Shown here piece after piece: positions 1 through 10,071 of a stretch of DNA of 64,000 nt. The translations under genes and the position numbers were made by a program. This DNA comes from a virus (Duplodnaviria; Caudoviricetes), in IMG/VR virus record IMGVR_UViG_3300020577_012961, positions 1-64,000 of that record, one strand, 5' to 3'. The notes under the pieces were generated by a model. The model did no database searches. It was not told where the DNA came from and saw nothing but the letters and a program-made list of their open reading frames with translations. Position 1 is the stretch's first letter. Each line of letters begins with the position of its first letter.

Positions 1-95
1 CAGCGGCGCCAATCGCTCGCAGAAATCCCGATCAACCCTAGGGGCGCCCTTTGAAGCGCCCGGGAGCGCCCGAGGGCGTCCTCCGTCGGTGACGC

Positions 96-656
96 ATGCC
101 GCGCAAGGTCAGGCTTTCGGGGGCAGCCGAAAAGAAGCTGCGCAACGAAAAGCAGATCTCCGAGCTGCTGGCGCAGCGCGGAAAGGTCGATGAGCAGCTG
201 ATGGCGCTCGGTTGGCAGCCGACAACCGCCGCAGCGCCGGGTGCGGATACCGGTGCGGCGCGGGAGGCGCCCGACTGGGCCGCCGAGTTCGAAGACGCCT
301 TCGCGCATGACGGCGAGGAGCTCGACGACCCCACGCTGGCCATGCGCTGCGTGCGGCGAGCCCAGTTCATCGCCCTGCGGCAACGCTGCACAACGCCATG
401 CCCGACGCCCGAGCAGCTGGCGGTGTGGAAGGGCATCGAGACCCAGGCGAAGGCCATGGGGGCAACCCGCCTGACGGCCGAGCTGGAGGAGCTCGCCGGC
501 GAGGTGCAGGAGCTCCTGCAGCGCCGCCGGCGCGTCACGGCGGCGCCCGTAACGCCAACCGCCGGCCGGCCGCGTCCGCCCACTGCGCGGGGCGGAACGG
601 GGCGGCGGGGGCCCCAGCTGCTGCCTGATCCGCCGGAGGGCGGTGGAGCCGCGTAG
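96..656 (+). CDS. Putative terminase small subunit
   Basis: Immediately upstream of terL, helical 186 aa; assigned by position only. Confidence 0.45.
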   Translation: MPRKVRLSGAAEKKLRNEKQISELLAQRGKVDEQLMALGWQPTTAAAPGADTGAAREAPDWAAEFEDAFAHDGEELDDPTLAMRCVRRAQFIALRQRCTTPCPTPEQLAVWKGIETQAKAMGATRLTAELEELAGEVQELLQRRRRVTAAPVTPTAGRPRPPTARGGTGRRGPQLLPDPPEGGGAA

Positions 657-664
657 GAGCGCTC

Positions 665-2395
665 GTGCCGACGTTGCTGCAGAACCTCAGGGCGGCGAAG
701 GCACTGCTGGGCGACGGGGCGCTGCTCGACATGCGCCTCGATCTCACGGCGCCCGGCGGCTTGGACGAAGCGCTGCTGGTAGCCGGCGGCTGCTGGGACC
801 AGACCGACCAGCGGTTCCTGGACCCCATCAGCGAGCGGGAGGCGACCAGCGCGGTCACCATCCCGATGCAGGAATCGCAGGCACCGTTCGTCAACTGGGG
901 GGCGTCCTGGCTGTCGGACTTCCGTGAGGGACGCCAGGACACCGAATACAGCCGGATCCGGCTCGTCCTCCTGGACGGCGCCCGCCGCGGTGGCAAGACG
1001 TTCGGCGGCATCGGGTTGGTGATCGCCACCTGCGTCGACGTGCCAATCGCCCGTGACGGCACGCCCCTGATCGCCTGGATCGTCTGCAAGAGCTTCCGGG
1101 AGCGCTTCCAGCTCGAGAAGTGGATCACCAACCGCATTCCGGTGACCAGCCAGGGGCGGCCCAACAAAAAGGCATGGGCGAAGCACCTCGGGGCGCCGAC
1201 CCACGAGTTCCACTTCGTCCACGGCCCGATCCTCCGCCTGCTGTCGGCCGACCGCGACGACGCGACCAAGCAGGGCCGCGTCGACATCGCCCTCATCGAT
1301 GAGCCGCAGAAGATGGGCGCGGCCGCGGTGGCCAACGTGGTCCAAGGCGCCGGCGACCTGGGCGGCCTGGTCATGCTGACGGCGAACCCACCCGGCAAGA
1401 ACAGCCGGGGCGCCTGGATGTACGACCTCATGGAGGCCATCGAGGACCGGCGAATCGCGGCCCAGCAGGGCCGCCCAATGACGCCGCTGGCGGTCAAGCG
1501 CTTCTTCGTCGATGCCTCGCTGAACAAGGCCATCGAGCAGCAGGCGCGCACCGACGCAGGTGAGATCGTGAAGATCATCAATCCCGATCAGGCCCGTGGC
1601 GACGTCGATGCGAGCTGGGAAAAGCCTGGAGAGCACGCGACGAAGGGCTGGAGCGAGGCCAAGCACCGAGTGCTGCACGCGCTGCCGGAGACCAACCATC
1701 GCGACTTTCCGGACTGCACGCAGACGGTCCTCAACGAGCGTGGAATCTGGGGTGGTTGGGAAGTCGCCGCCGGCGCCGACTTCCAGGACAAGAGCTGGGC
1801 GATTGCGGGCGTGCTGGCCCGGTGCTTCGGCGATCCGCGAGACCCCATCATCTGGTTCTGCGACGAGCACTACGACAACACCGACGAGCGCGGCTATCTC
1901 GACAGCTTCAGCGACCGGTTCGCCATCAGCCGCGGCTACACGCGTGAGCGAGTGCTGTGGATCGGCGACGCGTCCGGCAGCTGGCAGAACGCCAGCCACA
2001 GCGAGGGCCGCACCAGCTTCGCCATCTGGCGCGCAAACCACTGGACGATCATCCCTCCGCAGGATCCCAAGGCGGAGGATGACGACCTCGAGGACGGCGA
2101 GGCCCGCGCGCGCAACCCCTTCGTCGACGACCAGCTGGCTCTGTGGAACGAGCTGATCCGGCGCGACCGTGTCCGCATCGATCCGGTCCGCTGCGAGTAC
2201 CTCGCCGAGTGCGTGGCGAAGGCGGTCACCAAGCGCAATCGTGGGCGACGCGGCATCGTCCAGAACAAGTGGGCGCATGCGCTGTCCTGTGCGCTCTACC
2301 TAACCTGGCGCATTGCCTCGAAGGTCCAGCAGTACGAACCCATCAACCCCGACGACGTGCGGGGCGTGAAGAACACCTGGCGCTCGAGGTACTAG
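665..2395 (+). CDS. terL: Terminase large subunit
   Basis: Walker A GARRGGKT, Walker B IALIDE, coupling motif LTANP, nuclease motifs GADF and WIGDASG; precedes portal. Confidence 0.88.
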   Translation: MPTLLQNLRAAKALLGDGALLDMRLDLTAPGGLDEALLVAGGCWDQTDQRFLDPISEREATSAVTIPMQESQAPFVNWGASWLSDFREGRQDTEYSRIRLVLLDGARRGGKTFGGIGLVIATCVDVPIARDGTPLIAWIVCKSFRERFQLEKWITNRIPVTSQGRPNKKAWAKHLGAPTHEFHFVHGPILRLLSADRDDATKQGRVDIALIDEPQKMGAAAVANVVQGAGDLGGLVMLTANPPGKNSRGAWMYDLMEAIEDRRIAAQQGRPMTPLAVKRFFVDASLNKAIEQQARTDAGEIVKIINPDQARGDVDASWEKPGEHATKGWSEAKHRVLHALPETNHRDFPDCTQTVLNERGIWGGWEVAAGADFQDKSWAIAGVLARCFGDPRDPIIWFCDEHYDNTDERGYLDSFSDRFAISRGYTRERVLWIGDASGSWQNASHSEGRTSFAIWRANHWTIIPPQDPKAEDDDLEDGEARARNPFVDDQLALWNELIRRDRVRIDPVRCEYLAECVAKAVTKRNRGRRGIVQNKWAHALSCALYLTWRIASKVQQYEPINPDDVRGVKNTWRSRY

Positions 2396-2576
2396 AACTC
2401 GTTCCCGTCGAAAGCGCAGTGACCAGCGGACCGTTGACCCGAGGCCCACTGGAAGCGCGAGAAGCAATCGGGTCCCGAAGCAGTCGACAAGCCGGAAGTC
2501 GAAAAGCGCAGCCGGCAATCTCCGACGGGGACACCTATTTCGCGGTGGCGGCATCGCGCGGCCGCGGTGAGGCGCC

Positions 2577-4292
2577 ATGGCCACCAGCCGCAAGACCAGC
2601 TCTGCCGGTGGTGGTGGCCGGAAGGCACCGCCTCCCCGCGTCGCTGCAAAGGCGAAGGCTGCCTCCGAGCGCATCGCCATGTCGGCGCGCGGGCAGCGCC
2701 GGCCGACGATCAAGGGAATCGGAACGGGAGCCGGCGCCGGCGACTACCCGGGCACGAATCGCCGCCTGCAGGCCGAGCTTGAGGATCCGTCCTACCTGTC
2801 GGTCCGCACGGCCGTGCGAGCAGGACCGCTGCCGACCCGCATCTCGACCTACCCAGCGTCGAGCCTCGACCCGCTGAAGATCGACCGCATCCTCCAGCAG
2901 GCCGACCGGGCCACGGCGGTGTGGCAGTTCGCCGACATGAACTACCAGATGCGCCAGCGCGACGCCCACCTGATGGGCATCGACCGGCAGCGTCGGCAGG
3001 GCACGGCGAACAAGGAGCTGCTCATCCACCCGCTGAGCGACCGCGACCCGCTGTCGGTTGCGCTCGCACACGTGCGCCGCTCCATCTGGCTCGGCATCGA
3101 CAATGCGCCGGCGGCGGTCTACTCGGCGCTGTCGAAGAACTGCGACGGCTGGAGCCTCAGCGAGATCATCTACGAGCAGTGCAGGCTGCGCATCGAACTG
3201 CCCGACGGCTACGGCAGCTCGAAGATTGTGTCGGTGCCCGGAATCTGGCCCCGCTCGATCGAGTGGGTCCACCCCAAGCACACGACCTTCAAGCAGGACA
3301 CCGACGAGTGCCTCCTCGACATGGGGGGCGGCAACGTCATTCACCTGCCGCAGCACAAGTACCTCTACAGCCTAGCCGCCGGCGATGGCATCGCCCCTGG
3401 GCGTGGGTATTCGCGAGCCGTCATCTGGATGCACTTCTTCAAGCACGCGTCGCTGCGTGACTGGAATGTGTTCCTTCACCTCTACGGCATTCCGATGCTC
3501 GAGGGGCGGCTCTCACGCGAGAACTGGAACGACGCGAAGATGCGCGCCGTCCTCGAGAGGGCCATGCAGGCCTACGGGACCGGCGAGGAGAACCCCATCC
3601 TGACGTCAGGGATGGACATGAAGATCAACCAGCCGACGTCGGTGACCGGGGCGGACAATGCCTGGCACACGCTGGCGGGGTTCTGCAACGCCGAACAGAG
3701 CAAGGCGGTCCTCGGGTCGACGCTGACGACGGAGGCCGGCGGCGCCAGCTACAACCTCGGCTACATCCACCAGGACTCGACGCACGAGGCCATCGTCGGC
3801 GACGCACAGGGGACGGCCAGCGATATCGAGGCTGACATCTTCCAGTCCGCGATCGAGCTCAATGCCGTCGCGCTCGCGCGCGCCTTCGAGGAGCACAGCG
3901 TTCGCTGCCTGCCCGAGGAGCTGCCGCTCATCGGCGCCGACGTCGCCTTCGCGACCGACCGAGAGTGGACGCCCGAGACCCGGATGAAGATCTTCCTGGG
4001 CCTGGCCAACGGCGGCATCAGGGGTTCGATCTCTCAGGTGCGCCGGGAGCTGCGTTACGACGCGCCGTCTGGTCCCGAAGACGAGTTCACCGGCAAGCCG
4101 GTGGTGGTGCCGGCCGGCGCGGCCGCGGTCGGCTCGGCAGATGCTTCCGCCGGCGTCGCCAACCCGAAGAAGCAGCCCGCGCCGCCGCTGCAGACGCCTG
4201 CTCCGGTGGTGGATTCCAACGATCCAGCGCCGGTGGCCGACACCGGTGACCAACCGCCCGCGGCCTCGCCGCCGGCTTCGGAGAACCCATGA
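2577..4292 (+). CDS. Portal protein (Mu gp29/DUF935-like)
   Basis: RDAHL, GWSLSEIIY, W..FLHLYGIP, CNAEQSKAVLGSTLTT motifs typical of DUF935 portals. Confidence 0.88.
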   Translation: MATSRKTSSAGGGGRKAPPPRVAAKAKAASERIAMSARGQRRPTIKGIGTGAGAGDYPGTNRRLQAELEDPSYLSVRTAVRAGPLPTRISTYPASSLDPLKIDRILQQADRATAVWQFADMNYQMRQRDAHLMGIDRQRRQGTANKELLIHPLSDRDPLSVALAHVRRSIWLGIDNAPAAVYSALSKNCDGWSLSEIIYEQCRLRIELPDGYGSSKIVSVPGIWPRSIEWVHPKHTTFKQDTDECLLDMGGGNVIHLPQHKYLYSLAAGDGIAPGRGYSRAVIWMHFFKHASLRDWNVFLHLYGIPMLEGRLSRENWNDAKMRAVLERAMQAYGTGEENPILTSGMDMKINQPTSVTGADNAWHTLAGFCNAEQSKAVLGSTLTTEAGGASYNLGYIHQDSTHEAIVGDAQGTASDIEADIFQSAIELNAVALARAFEEHSVRCLPEELPLIGADVAFATDREWTPETRMKIFLGLANGGIRGSISQVRRELRYDAPSGPEDEFTGKPVVVPAGAAAVGSADASAGVANPKKQPAPPLQTPAPVVDSNDPAPVADTGDQPPAASPPASENP

Positions 4293-4813
4293 GCCTCACG
4301 ATCAGCAGCGTCGTCGACCTCGCCCGCGGCTACCTCGGCATGCTCGGCATGCTCGGGCTCGACGCGTTCTCCGACGACCCGGCGGCCGGCACCACGCCGC
4401 TGCTCTGGTACAACACCGCCAGCGACCGGTTCAAGCTGATGCTCGACACGGGCGCGATCAAGACGGTGGCCTTCCTCGAGGAGGTCATCGCGAGCGGCGG
4501 CGCCGCGGGCGGCGACCTCACCGGCACCTACCCGAATCCCACCATCGGGTCCAACAAGGTGACCGGCCCGAAGCTGTCTTCGACGTCGATGCGCCTGCTG
4601 GCTTTCACCGGCCGCAACGGCGCCGGCGCCTGCACCGCCACCGGCACGAAGGTGGGCGACACCGTCATCGGCGTCATCGACCTGGCGGCCGGCACGGTGT
4701 CCGCGGCGTCGTCGTTCGAGGCCACGATCACCGTCAACGACCAGATCCAGCAGAGCAACGCCGGCAACCTGTCGGCCATCAAGTACGCGCTGCTCGTCGT
4801 CGCCAAGTCGTAG
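4289..4813 (+). CDS. Putative head-associated structural protein
   Basis: GGDLTGTYPNPTI fibre-type motif and beta-rich C-terminus; overlaps portal stop (ATGA). Confidence 0.5.
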   Translation: MSLTISSVVDLARGYLGMLGMLGLDAFSDDPAAGTTPLLWYNTASDRFKLMLDTGAIKTVAFLEEVIASGGAAGGDLTGTYPNPTIGSNKVTGPKLSSTSMRLLAFTGRNGAGACTATGTKVGDTVIGVIDLAAGTVSAASSFEATITVNDQIQQSNAGNLSAIKYALLVVAKS

Positions 4814-4845
4814 CCAACGCCACCGCTTCCTCCTGAGGCGCCCGC

Positions 4846-6852
4846 ATGAGCACCTCCATCGCCACGCTGCACCACGACGAGCCGCTCGGCACCCCCATGC
4901 GGGTCGAGCAGCGCGGCGACAAGTGGGTCGTGCTGCCCGAGACCGGTGACGAGGTCCTCGGCGAGCACGACACCAAGGAGGAGGCGGACGCGCAGCTGGC
5001 CGCCATCGAGGCGAGCCAGAAGCGGAGCGAGAAGGCCGCTGCCGCGCTGGGCGCGAAGGTGCCGCAGGGGGGACAGGTGGCCACGCTGCCGAGCGGCCGC
5101 GCGATCAGCGATGCCGACCTTCGCCGGATGTTCGGTGGGGTGCAGCGCTTCGACGCCGGCGCCGCCGCGGTGCGCACCAACGTGTGGGACCGGGGCCTCA
5201 CCTTCGGCGCAGGACCGAACGGGCGGAAGGAGAAGGACGGCGAAGAGGTCCAGTTCACTGTCGAAACCTTCAAGGCGTTCGTCGACAACTGGTACAGCCG
5301 GGGCGGCAAGCTCCCGCTGTGCCTCGATCACCAGAGCGCGCTCGGCGGCATCGTGCGAGCGCCGGCAGCCGGCTGGTACGACGCCTTCTCGGTGGTGCAC
5401 GGCGGCGCGGTGGTCTATTTCAAGGCCCTGGCGGCGTCGGCGGCGACCGAGCCCAACGTCGCAGAACTCCAGTTGGAGGCGAAAAAGTTCGCCACCGCCG
5501 ACGATCCCGAGCCGAGCCCCGACGGCCTGTGGGGCTTCCGCTGCGAGGTGACGCCGCTCGGCGAGAGCGCCACCGAGGGCCTGCGCAACTACAAGGGCAT
5601 CTCGCCCCTGTTCGTCATGCAGGGGACCAACGAGCAGGGCGAGCCGATCGGGCCGGTCATGTACGACTGGGCCGCCGTCAACGTGCAATTCCAGGCGGGC
5701 TGCGAGCTGACGCTCAGCATGCTGCCGGCCGCTTCGAAGGAGACCACCGTGGCCAAGCCCGTCAAGATGGACAGCGGCGTCGACCCCGGCACCAACGGTC
5801 ACAAGACCGTGCGGTGCCCCGCCTGTGGTCAGGACGTGTTCACCCAGGTCGACAACGCGCAGTGGCCTCCGCTGGCGCTCGTCGAGCACACGCTCGCCGG
5901 CAGCCAGACCGCCGAGAAGTGCACGGGCAGCGGCAAGCCCGTGTGGACCTGGTTCTCCGGCGCGCCGAGCGGCGACGCCGCCAACGGCAACCACGCCAAC
6001 AAGGACGGAAAGAACATGAACGAGACCGCCATGAAGAAGTTCGGCGTCGCCGAGGGCGCGAAGCCGGAGGACATCCACGGCAAGCTGTCGGCTTTCGCCG
6101 CCGACTGCCAGACCAAGATGGACGCCGCCGTCGAGAAGAAGGACGGCGAGGCCATGAAGGCGCTGGCCGGCGAGCTCGACGCCGCGGCCAAGATGGGCGA
6201 CGGCGGCGACGCCGCCTACGCGCATCACTTCGCCCACTTCGGCCACATGGCCAAGATGGCGAAGTCGATGGGCGACCTCTTCCTCGAGCACAAGGGCGAC
6301 GACAAGGACGACGAGGCGGCGGCCATGTCGGCCCTCGCGCAGAAGTTCGGCCTCGACCCCAAGCTGCCCCGGCCGGTGCTGCTCACCGCGCTCCGCAACG
6401 TCGCGCAGCCGGCCGTCGACGCCGACAAGCTCACGGCCAAGATCAAGGCCGAGCTGAAGGCCGAGGCCGAGGCCGAGGCGGCCAAGAAGATGGGCGTCGA
6501 GCTCACCGAGCGCGCCGTGTCCTTCGGCATGACCTTCGCCAGCGACAAGGAGAAGGCCGAGTTCGTCGCCTTCGCCACCGCGTCGCCGGCGCTCGCCGAG
6601 AAGACCATCGCCCAGCTGCCCGGCGCCCGCGCGCTCAGCCGGCAGACCGTCAACGGCAAGCCGATCGGCAAGCCCGACGTCAACGCGAACCTCGCCGGCG
6701 ACGACCCCAAGCAGGTCCGCCAGGCCTACGCCCGCGAGCGCGGCGTGATCATGAAGCGCGACAAGTGCGACCTCGAGCAGGCCAACGAGAAGCTGCGCAC
6801 CGAGAAGCCCGAGCTCTGGGCGCAGTTCCAGGCCGTCCGCGGCGTCGCCTAG
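4846..6852 (+). CDS. Mu-like prohead protease (gpI-like) fused to C-terminal scaffold
   Basis: LDHQS, APAAGW, GLWG, YKGISPLF protease motifs; Ala/Lys/Glu-rich helical C-terminal half. Confidence 0.82.
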   Translation: MSTSIATLHHDEPLGTPMRVEQRGDKWVVLPETGDEVLGEHDTKEEADAQLAAIEASQKRSEKAAAALGAKVPQGGQVATLPSGRAISDADLRRMFGGVQRFDAGAAAVRTNVWDRGLTFGAGPNGRKEKDGEEVQFTVETFKAFVDNWYSRGGKLPLCLDHQSALGGIVRAPAAGWYDAFSVVHGGAVVYFKALAASAATEPNVAELQLEAKKFATADDPEPSPDGLWGFRCEVTPLGESATEGLRNYKGISPLFVMQGTNEQGEPIGPVMYDWAAVNVQFQAGCELTLSMLPAASKETTVAKPVKMDSGVDPGTNGHKTVRCPACGQDVFTQVDNAQWPPLALVEHTLAGSQTAEKCTGSGKPVWTWFSGAPSGDAANGNHANKDGKNMNETAMKKFGVAEGAKPEDIHGKLSAFAADCQTKMDAAVEKKDGEAMKALAGELDAAAKMGDGGDAAYAHHFAHFGHMAKMAKSMGDLFLEHKGDDKDDEAAAMSALAQKFGLDPKLPRPVLLTALRNVAQPAVDADKLTAKIKAELKAEAEAEAAKKMGVELTERAVSFGMTFASDKEKAEFVAFATASPALAEKTIAQLPGARALSRQTVNGKPIGKPDVNANLAGDDPKQVRQAYARERGVIMKRDKCDLEQANEKLRTEKPELWAQFQAVRGVA

Positions 6853-6974
6853 CACCCTCGCGGCCGGGCTCCCCGACCCGGCCCGCTCACGCCCCACCAG
6901 CACCGTAGCACCCGGGCGGCCGATGCCGGCGCGCCTTGGCACCCGTCCGTCCACCCCTCACAGGGAGACCAGCA

Positions 6975-7799
6975 ATGGCACTCGGAGAGAACTACAAGGA
7001 GGGCGTCCACCCGGCGGCCCTCGACAGCGTCGGCGGCTTCCAGCAGGGCAACGTGGCCGTCTACGCGGCGCCGGCCGCGACCGGTGACCGGCAGGTCGCC
7101 CTGCCCACCGGCACCGCGCCCTGGCTCACCCCGCCCTTCGGCATCAACCGCAGCGCCGGCTACGTCGGCGGCACCGGCACCACCTCGGGCGAGACCCTCG
7201 ACCTGACCCGCCAGGGCATCTCGACCGTCCTCCTCAAGAACGGCACCGCCGCCACCCGCGGCGGCAAGATGATCGCGTCGGCCACGCTGGGCTACGTCCA
7301 GCCCTACACCGACTACAGCTTCTCGGCGTGGATCCTCGGCACCTTCGAGGAGGCCCTCACCGCGAGCTCCACCAGCGACCAGGTGACGGCCTACGTGCAG
7401 CCGTACTTCCAGGCCATCGTGCGCCCGGTCACCGCCGGCACCACGTCGACCTTCGGCGCCAACACCCGCTTCCTCGGCGCCGTCGGCAGCACCATCGCGT
7501 CCGCGCAGGTGCCGCTCTACGTGGCGCGCTTCGCCGGCGAGACCATCCGCAACCTCGCGGCCACCCTGGTCACCGCCCCCGGCGGCACCGACACCGTCGT
7601 CTTCACGGTCCAGAAGTCGAGCGACAACGGCGCGACCTGGGCCGACACGGCGCTCACCTGCACCATCACCGGCGTCGCCAAGAGCGCGAGCGACCTGACC
7701 GACGCCGTGGTGCTGGCGGCCGGTGACATCCTGGCGATCAAGACGGTCTCGAGCGCCACCACCGCCGCCCAGGCGACGGCGACCTTCGACGTCACCTAG
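6975..7799 (+). CDS. Capsid decoration/cement protein with C-terminal beta-sandwich
   Basis: Between protease and major capsid gene; GGGAG RBS before ATG 6975; Thr/Gly/Ala-rich. Confidence 0.6.
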   Translation: MALGENYKEGVHPAALDSVGGFQQGNVAVYAAPAATGDRQVALPTGTAPWLTPPFGINRSAGYVGGTGTTSGETLDLTRQGISTVLLKNGTAATRGGKMIASATLGYVQPYTDYSFSAWILGTFEEALTASSTSDQVTAYVQPYFQAIVRPVTAGTTSTFGANTRFLGAVGSTIASAQVPLYVARFAGETIRNLAATLVTAPGGTDTVVFTVQKSSDNGATWADTALTCTITGVAKSASDLTDAVVLAAGDILAIKTVSSATTAAQATATFDVT

Positions 7800-7810
7800 T
7801 CGTCCTCGAC

Positions 7811-7845
7811 AAGGACCGCCCGCGCCCCGACGGGCGGTCCTTTCC
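7811..7845 (+). terminator. Stem-loop (weak terminator or mRNA stability element)
   Basis: 12-bp stem aaggaccgcccg/cgggcggtcctt, 8-nt loop, short T tract. Confidence 0.5.
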
Positions 7846-7926
7846 CTGCTCACCTCGAATCCGTAACCCCACGCGCTGCCCTCGGGCGGGCGCGACAGCA
7901 ACGCGCATGCCGCGCGGAGGGATCAC

Positions 7927-9045
7927 ATGGCAACCAGCCAGGGCGTTCTCCATCACGACGTTCTCCTCTCGCAGTACGTGCAGCACTGGAAGGCGCCCAA
8001 GGGCGTCAACTGGTACCTGCACAACAAGCTCTTCCCGGTGGTCACCTCCGACAAGGCGAGCAACGTCTTCAAGGTGATCAACCAGGGGACGTTCATGCAG
8101 CGCGGCAACGCCACCATCGGCCCGCGCGGCGACGTGAACACGGTGCAGGCCTACTACGATCCCGAGGTCCAGTTCGTGACCAAGCCCTACGGGCTCGACG
8201 GGATCGTCGACTACCTCGAGCGCGAGATGGCCGACGACGCGGCCAAGTACGAGGAGCTGCAGACCGACCTGCCGATGTCGCTGATCCACAACGACCTCGA
8301 GCTGGACGCCTGGAACGCGGTCACCACCACCGCCAACCTGGGCAGCAACTACGCCACGGTGCCGACCGACGAGATGTGGGACAACGCCTCGTCGCTGAAC
8401 GCCAACCCGATCCTCCGCATGCGCAAGAAGTGCGAGTCGATCATGGCGGTCACCGGTCGCAAGGTGAACTTCGCCGCCTTCGACCGGCTGGCGCTGCGCG
8501 CGCTCAAGTACCACCGCACGACGCAGGCGATCGCGCCGGTGCACACCACGCCGGCCGGCCTGCAGGAGATCACCGTCAAGCAGATCGAGGAGAAGCTCCA
8601 GGACGTCATGGAGCCCGGCTCGATCCACATCGTGCACTTCCGCTACGACGGCAGCCGTGGGCCCAAGGGCCAGAGCTCGCTGGTGCCGAAGAGCCCGGTC
8701 GGCCCGAACCTGGTGCTCGGCTACATCACCGACACCTCGCGCGAGGACATCAGCGCCACCAAGCAGTTCGCCTTCGTCGGCGACCGCAACAACGTGCAGG
8801 GCACCAACCTGCAGGGCGTCAAGGACGTGCCCGCCCTCGACGAGGTGCTGTCCGGCGAGACCCACGACCCGCGCGCCCCGATCGCCGCCTACACCTACCC
8901 GGTCTACAGCGGCCAGCGCGGCGGCCACGCCGTCCGCGTCCTCACCAACCGCGTCTTCAAGGTGGTGCGGCCGTCCTCGCTGTGGGTGGACTTCGGCATC
9001 GTCGACTCCAGCAACTCGGCCCTCTACGGCTCCGAGCTGTCGTAG
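7927..9045 (+). CDS. Major capsid protein
   Basis: 372 aa, KLFPVV..DK N-terminal motif, W....ANPI motif, very strong codon bias, GGAGG RBS, position. Confidence 0.82.
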   Translation: MATSQGVLHHDVLLSQYVQHWKAPKGVNWYLHNKLFPVVTSDKASNVFKVINQGTFMQRGNATIGPRGDVNTVQAYYDPEVQFVTKPYGLDGIVDYLEREMADDAAKYEELQTDLPMSLIHNDLELDAWNAVTTTANLGSNYATVPTDEMWDNASSLNANPILRMRKKCESIMAVTGRKVNFAAFDRLALRALKYHRTTQAIAPVHTTPAGLQEITVKQIEEKLQDVMEPGSIHIVHFRYDGSRGPKGQSSLVPKSPVGPNLVLGYITDTSREDISATKQFAFVGDRNNVQGTNLQGVKDVPALDEVLSGETHDPRAPIAAYTYPVYSGQRGGHAVRVLTNRVFKVVRPSSLWVDFGIVDSSNSALYGSELS

Positions 9046-9054
9046 CCCCCTGAC

Positions 9055-9089
9055 CAGGGCGCGCCGTAGCAATCGCGCGGCGCGCCCTG
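9055..9089 (+). terminator. GC-rich hairpin after major capsid gene
   Basis: 12-bp stem cagggcgcgccg/cggcgcgccctg. Confidence 0.5.
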
Positions 9090-9155
9090 TGTGAATCCCT
9101 GCCGACCCCGACGGCGACGGCGCGCGCCCCGACGCGCTGAGAAAGCTCTCCGACC

Positions 9156-9602
9156 ATGGCCGACAAGCCCAGCGACAAGAACACCACCACCGCCCCCGCC
9201 GCCGACAAGACGCTGCGCTGCCGCGTCGTCACCCGCTACGGCGAAGCCAACGTGGGCGACCTGGTCGAGGTCTCCGAGAAGGAGTACCGACGCCTCCGCA
9301 AGCCGCGCCTCGACGCGGACGGCAACCCGGTGCGCGGGAAGTTCAACTTCCCGGTGCTGATCACCGCCGAGGACCAGGCAAAGCTGGACGAGGAGAAGCG
9401 GCTCGAGGAGGAGGCCCGCCTCCGTTCCAGCGCCGCCGCCGACGACGCCACCACGGCGGCCGGCTGGGCTGCGTTCGAGCGCCAGTCGCTCGAGGCCGTC
9501 ACGGCCGATCGCGAGGCGCAGATCGCTCGGCAGAAGCAGATCGAGCTGGAGGTGGCGGAGCGGCTGCGCGCCGGCGGCGCCTCGGCCTCCGCCACGGGGT
9601 AG
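9156..9602 (+). CDS. Hypothetical protein (head completion region)
   Basis: Good codon bias; position after MCP. Confidence 0.6.
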   Translation: MADKPSDKNTTTAPAADKTLRCRVVTRYGEANVGDLVEVSEKEYRRLRKPRLDADGNPVRGKFNFPVLITAEDQAKLDEEKRLEEEARLRSSAAADDATTAAGWAAFERQSLEAVTADREAQIARQKQIELEVAERLRAGGASASATG

Positions 9603-9605
9603 CCC

Positions 9606-10058
9606 ATGGCCTACTGGGCCACGCTAAGCCAGATCGAGACCGCGATCGGGGGTGCCGAGCGGGCGAGGCAGCTCGCGAAGGCCGACGCCTACGGTGACGC
9701 TGTCTACCTCGACTTCATCGCGAAGTGCCAAGCGCCGGCCAACGCCTACCTGCGATCACTGCTCCGCAAGGTCATCGACCCCGACAACGCGGCGGTCGCC
9801 TCGGACCCGCTCATCGCCGACCACGAGGCCACGCTCACCGCCCGAAACATGCACCGCAAGGGCGCTGGCGGCCTGGAGATGCCGCCGGAGCTGAAGACGG
9901 CGATCGAGGACTTCAACGCCTGGGAGCAGAAGCTCAGCGACGGCAAGATCGCATTCGATTCGCCAGACGCGACGGCCACCGAGGCCGGTGTGAAGATGGT
10001 GCAGACCGACACCGACGGCCGCCGGGTGACGCGCAGCAACATGCGGGGGTTCTGCTGA
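9606..10058 (+). CDS. Head-tail adaptor (Mu gp36/DUF1320-like)
   Basis: MAYWAT N-terminus, W...LSDGKI motif, C-terminal RSNMRGF; position. Confidence 0.72.
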   Translation: MAYWATLSQIETAIGGAERARQLAKADAYGDAVYLDFIAKCQAPANAYLRSLLRKVIDPDNAAVASDPLIADHEATLTARNMHRKGAGGLEMPPELKTAIEDFNAWEQKLSDGKIAFDSPDATATEAGVKMVQTDTDGRRVTRSNMRGFC

Positions 10059-10071
10059 AGCGAGGTCGACG

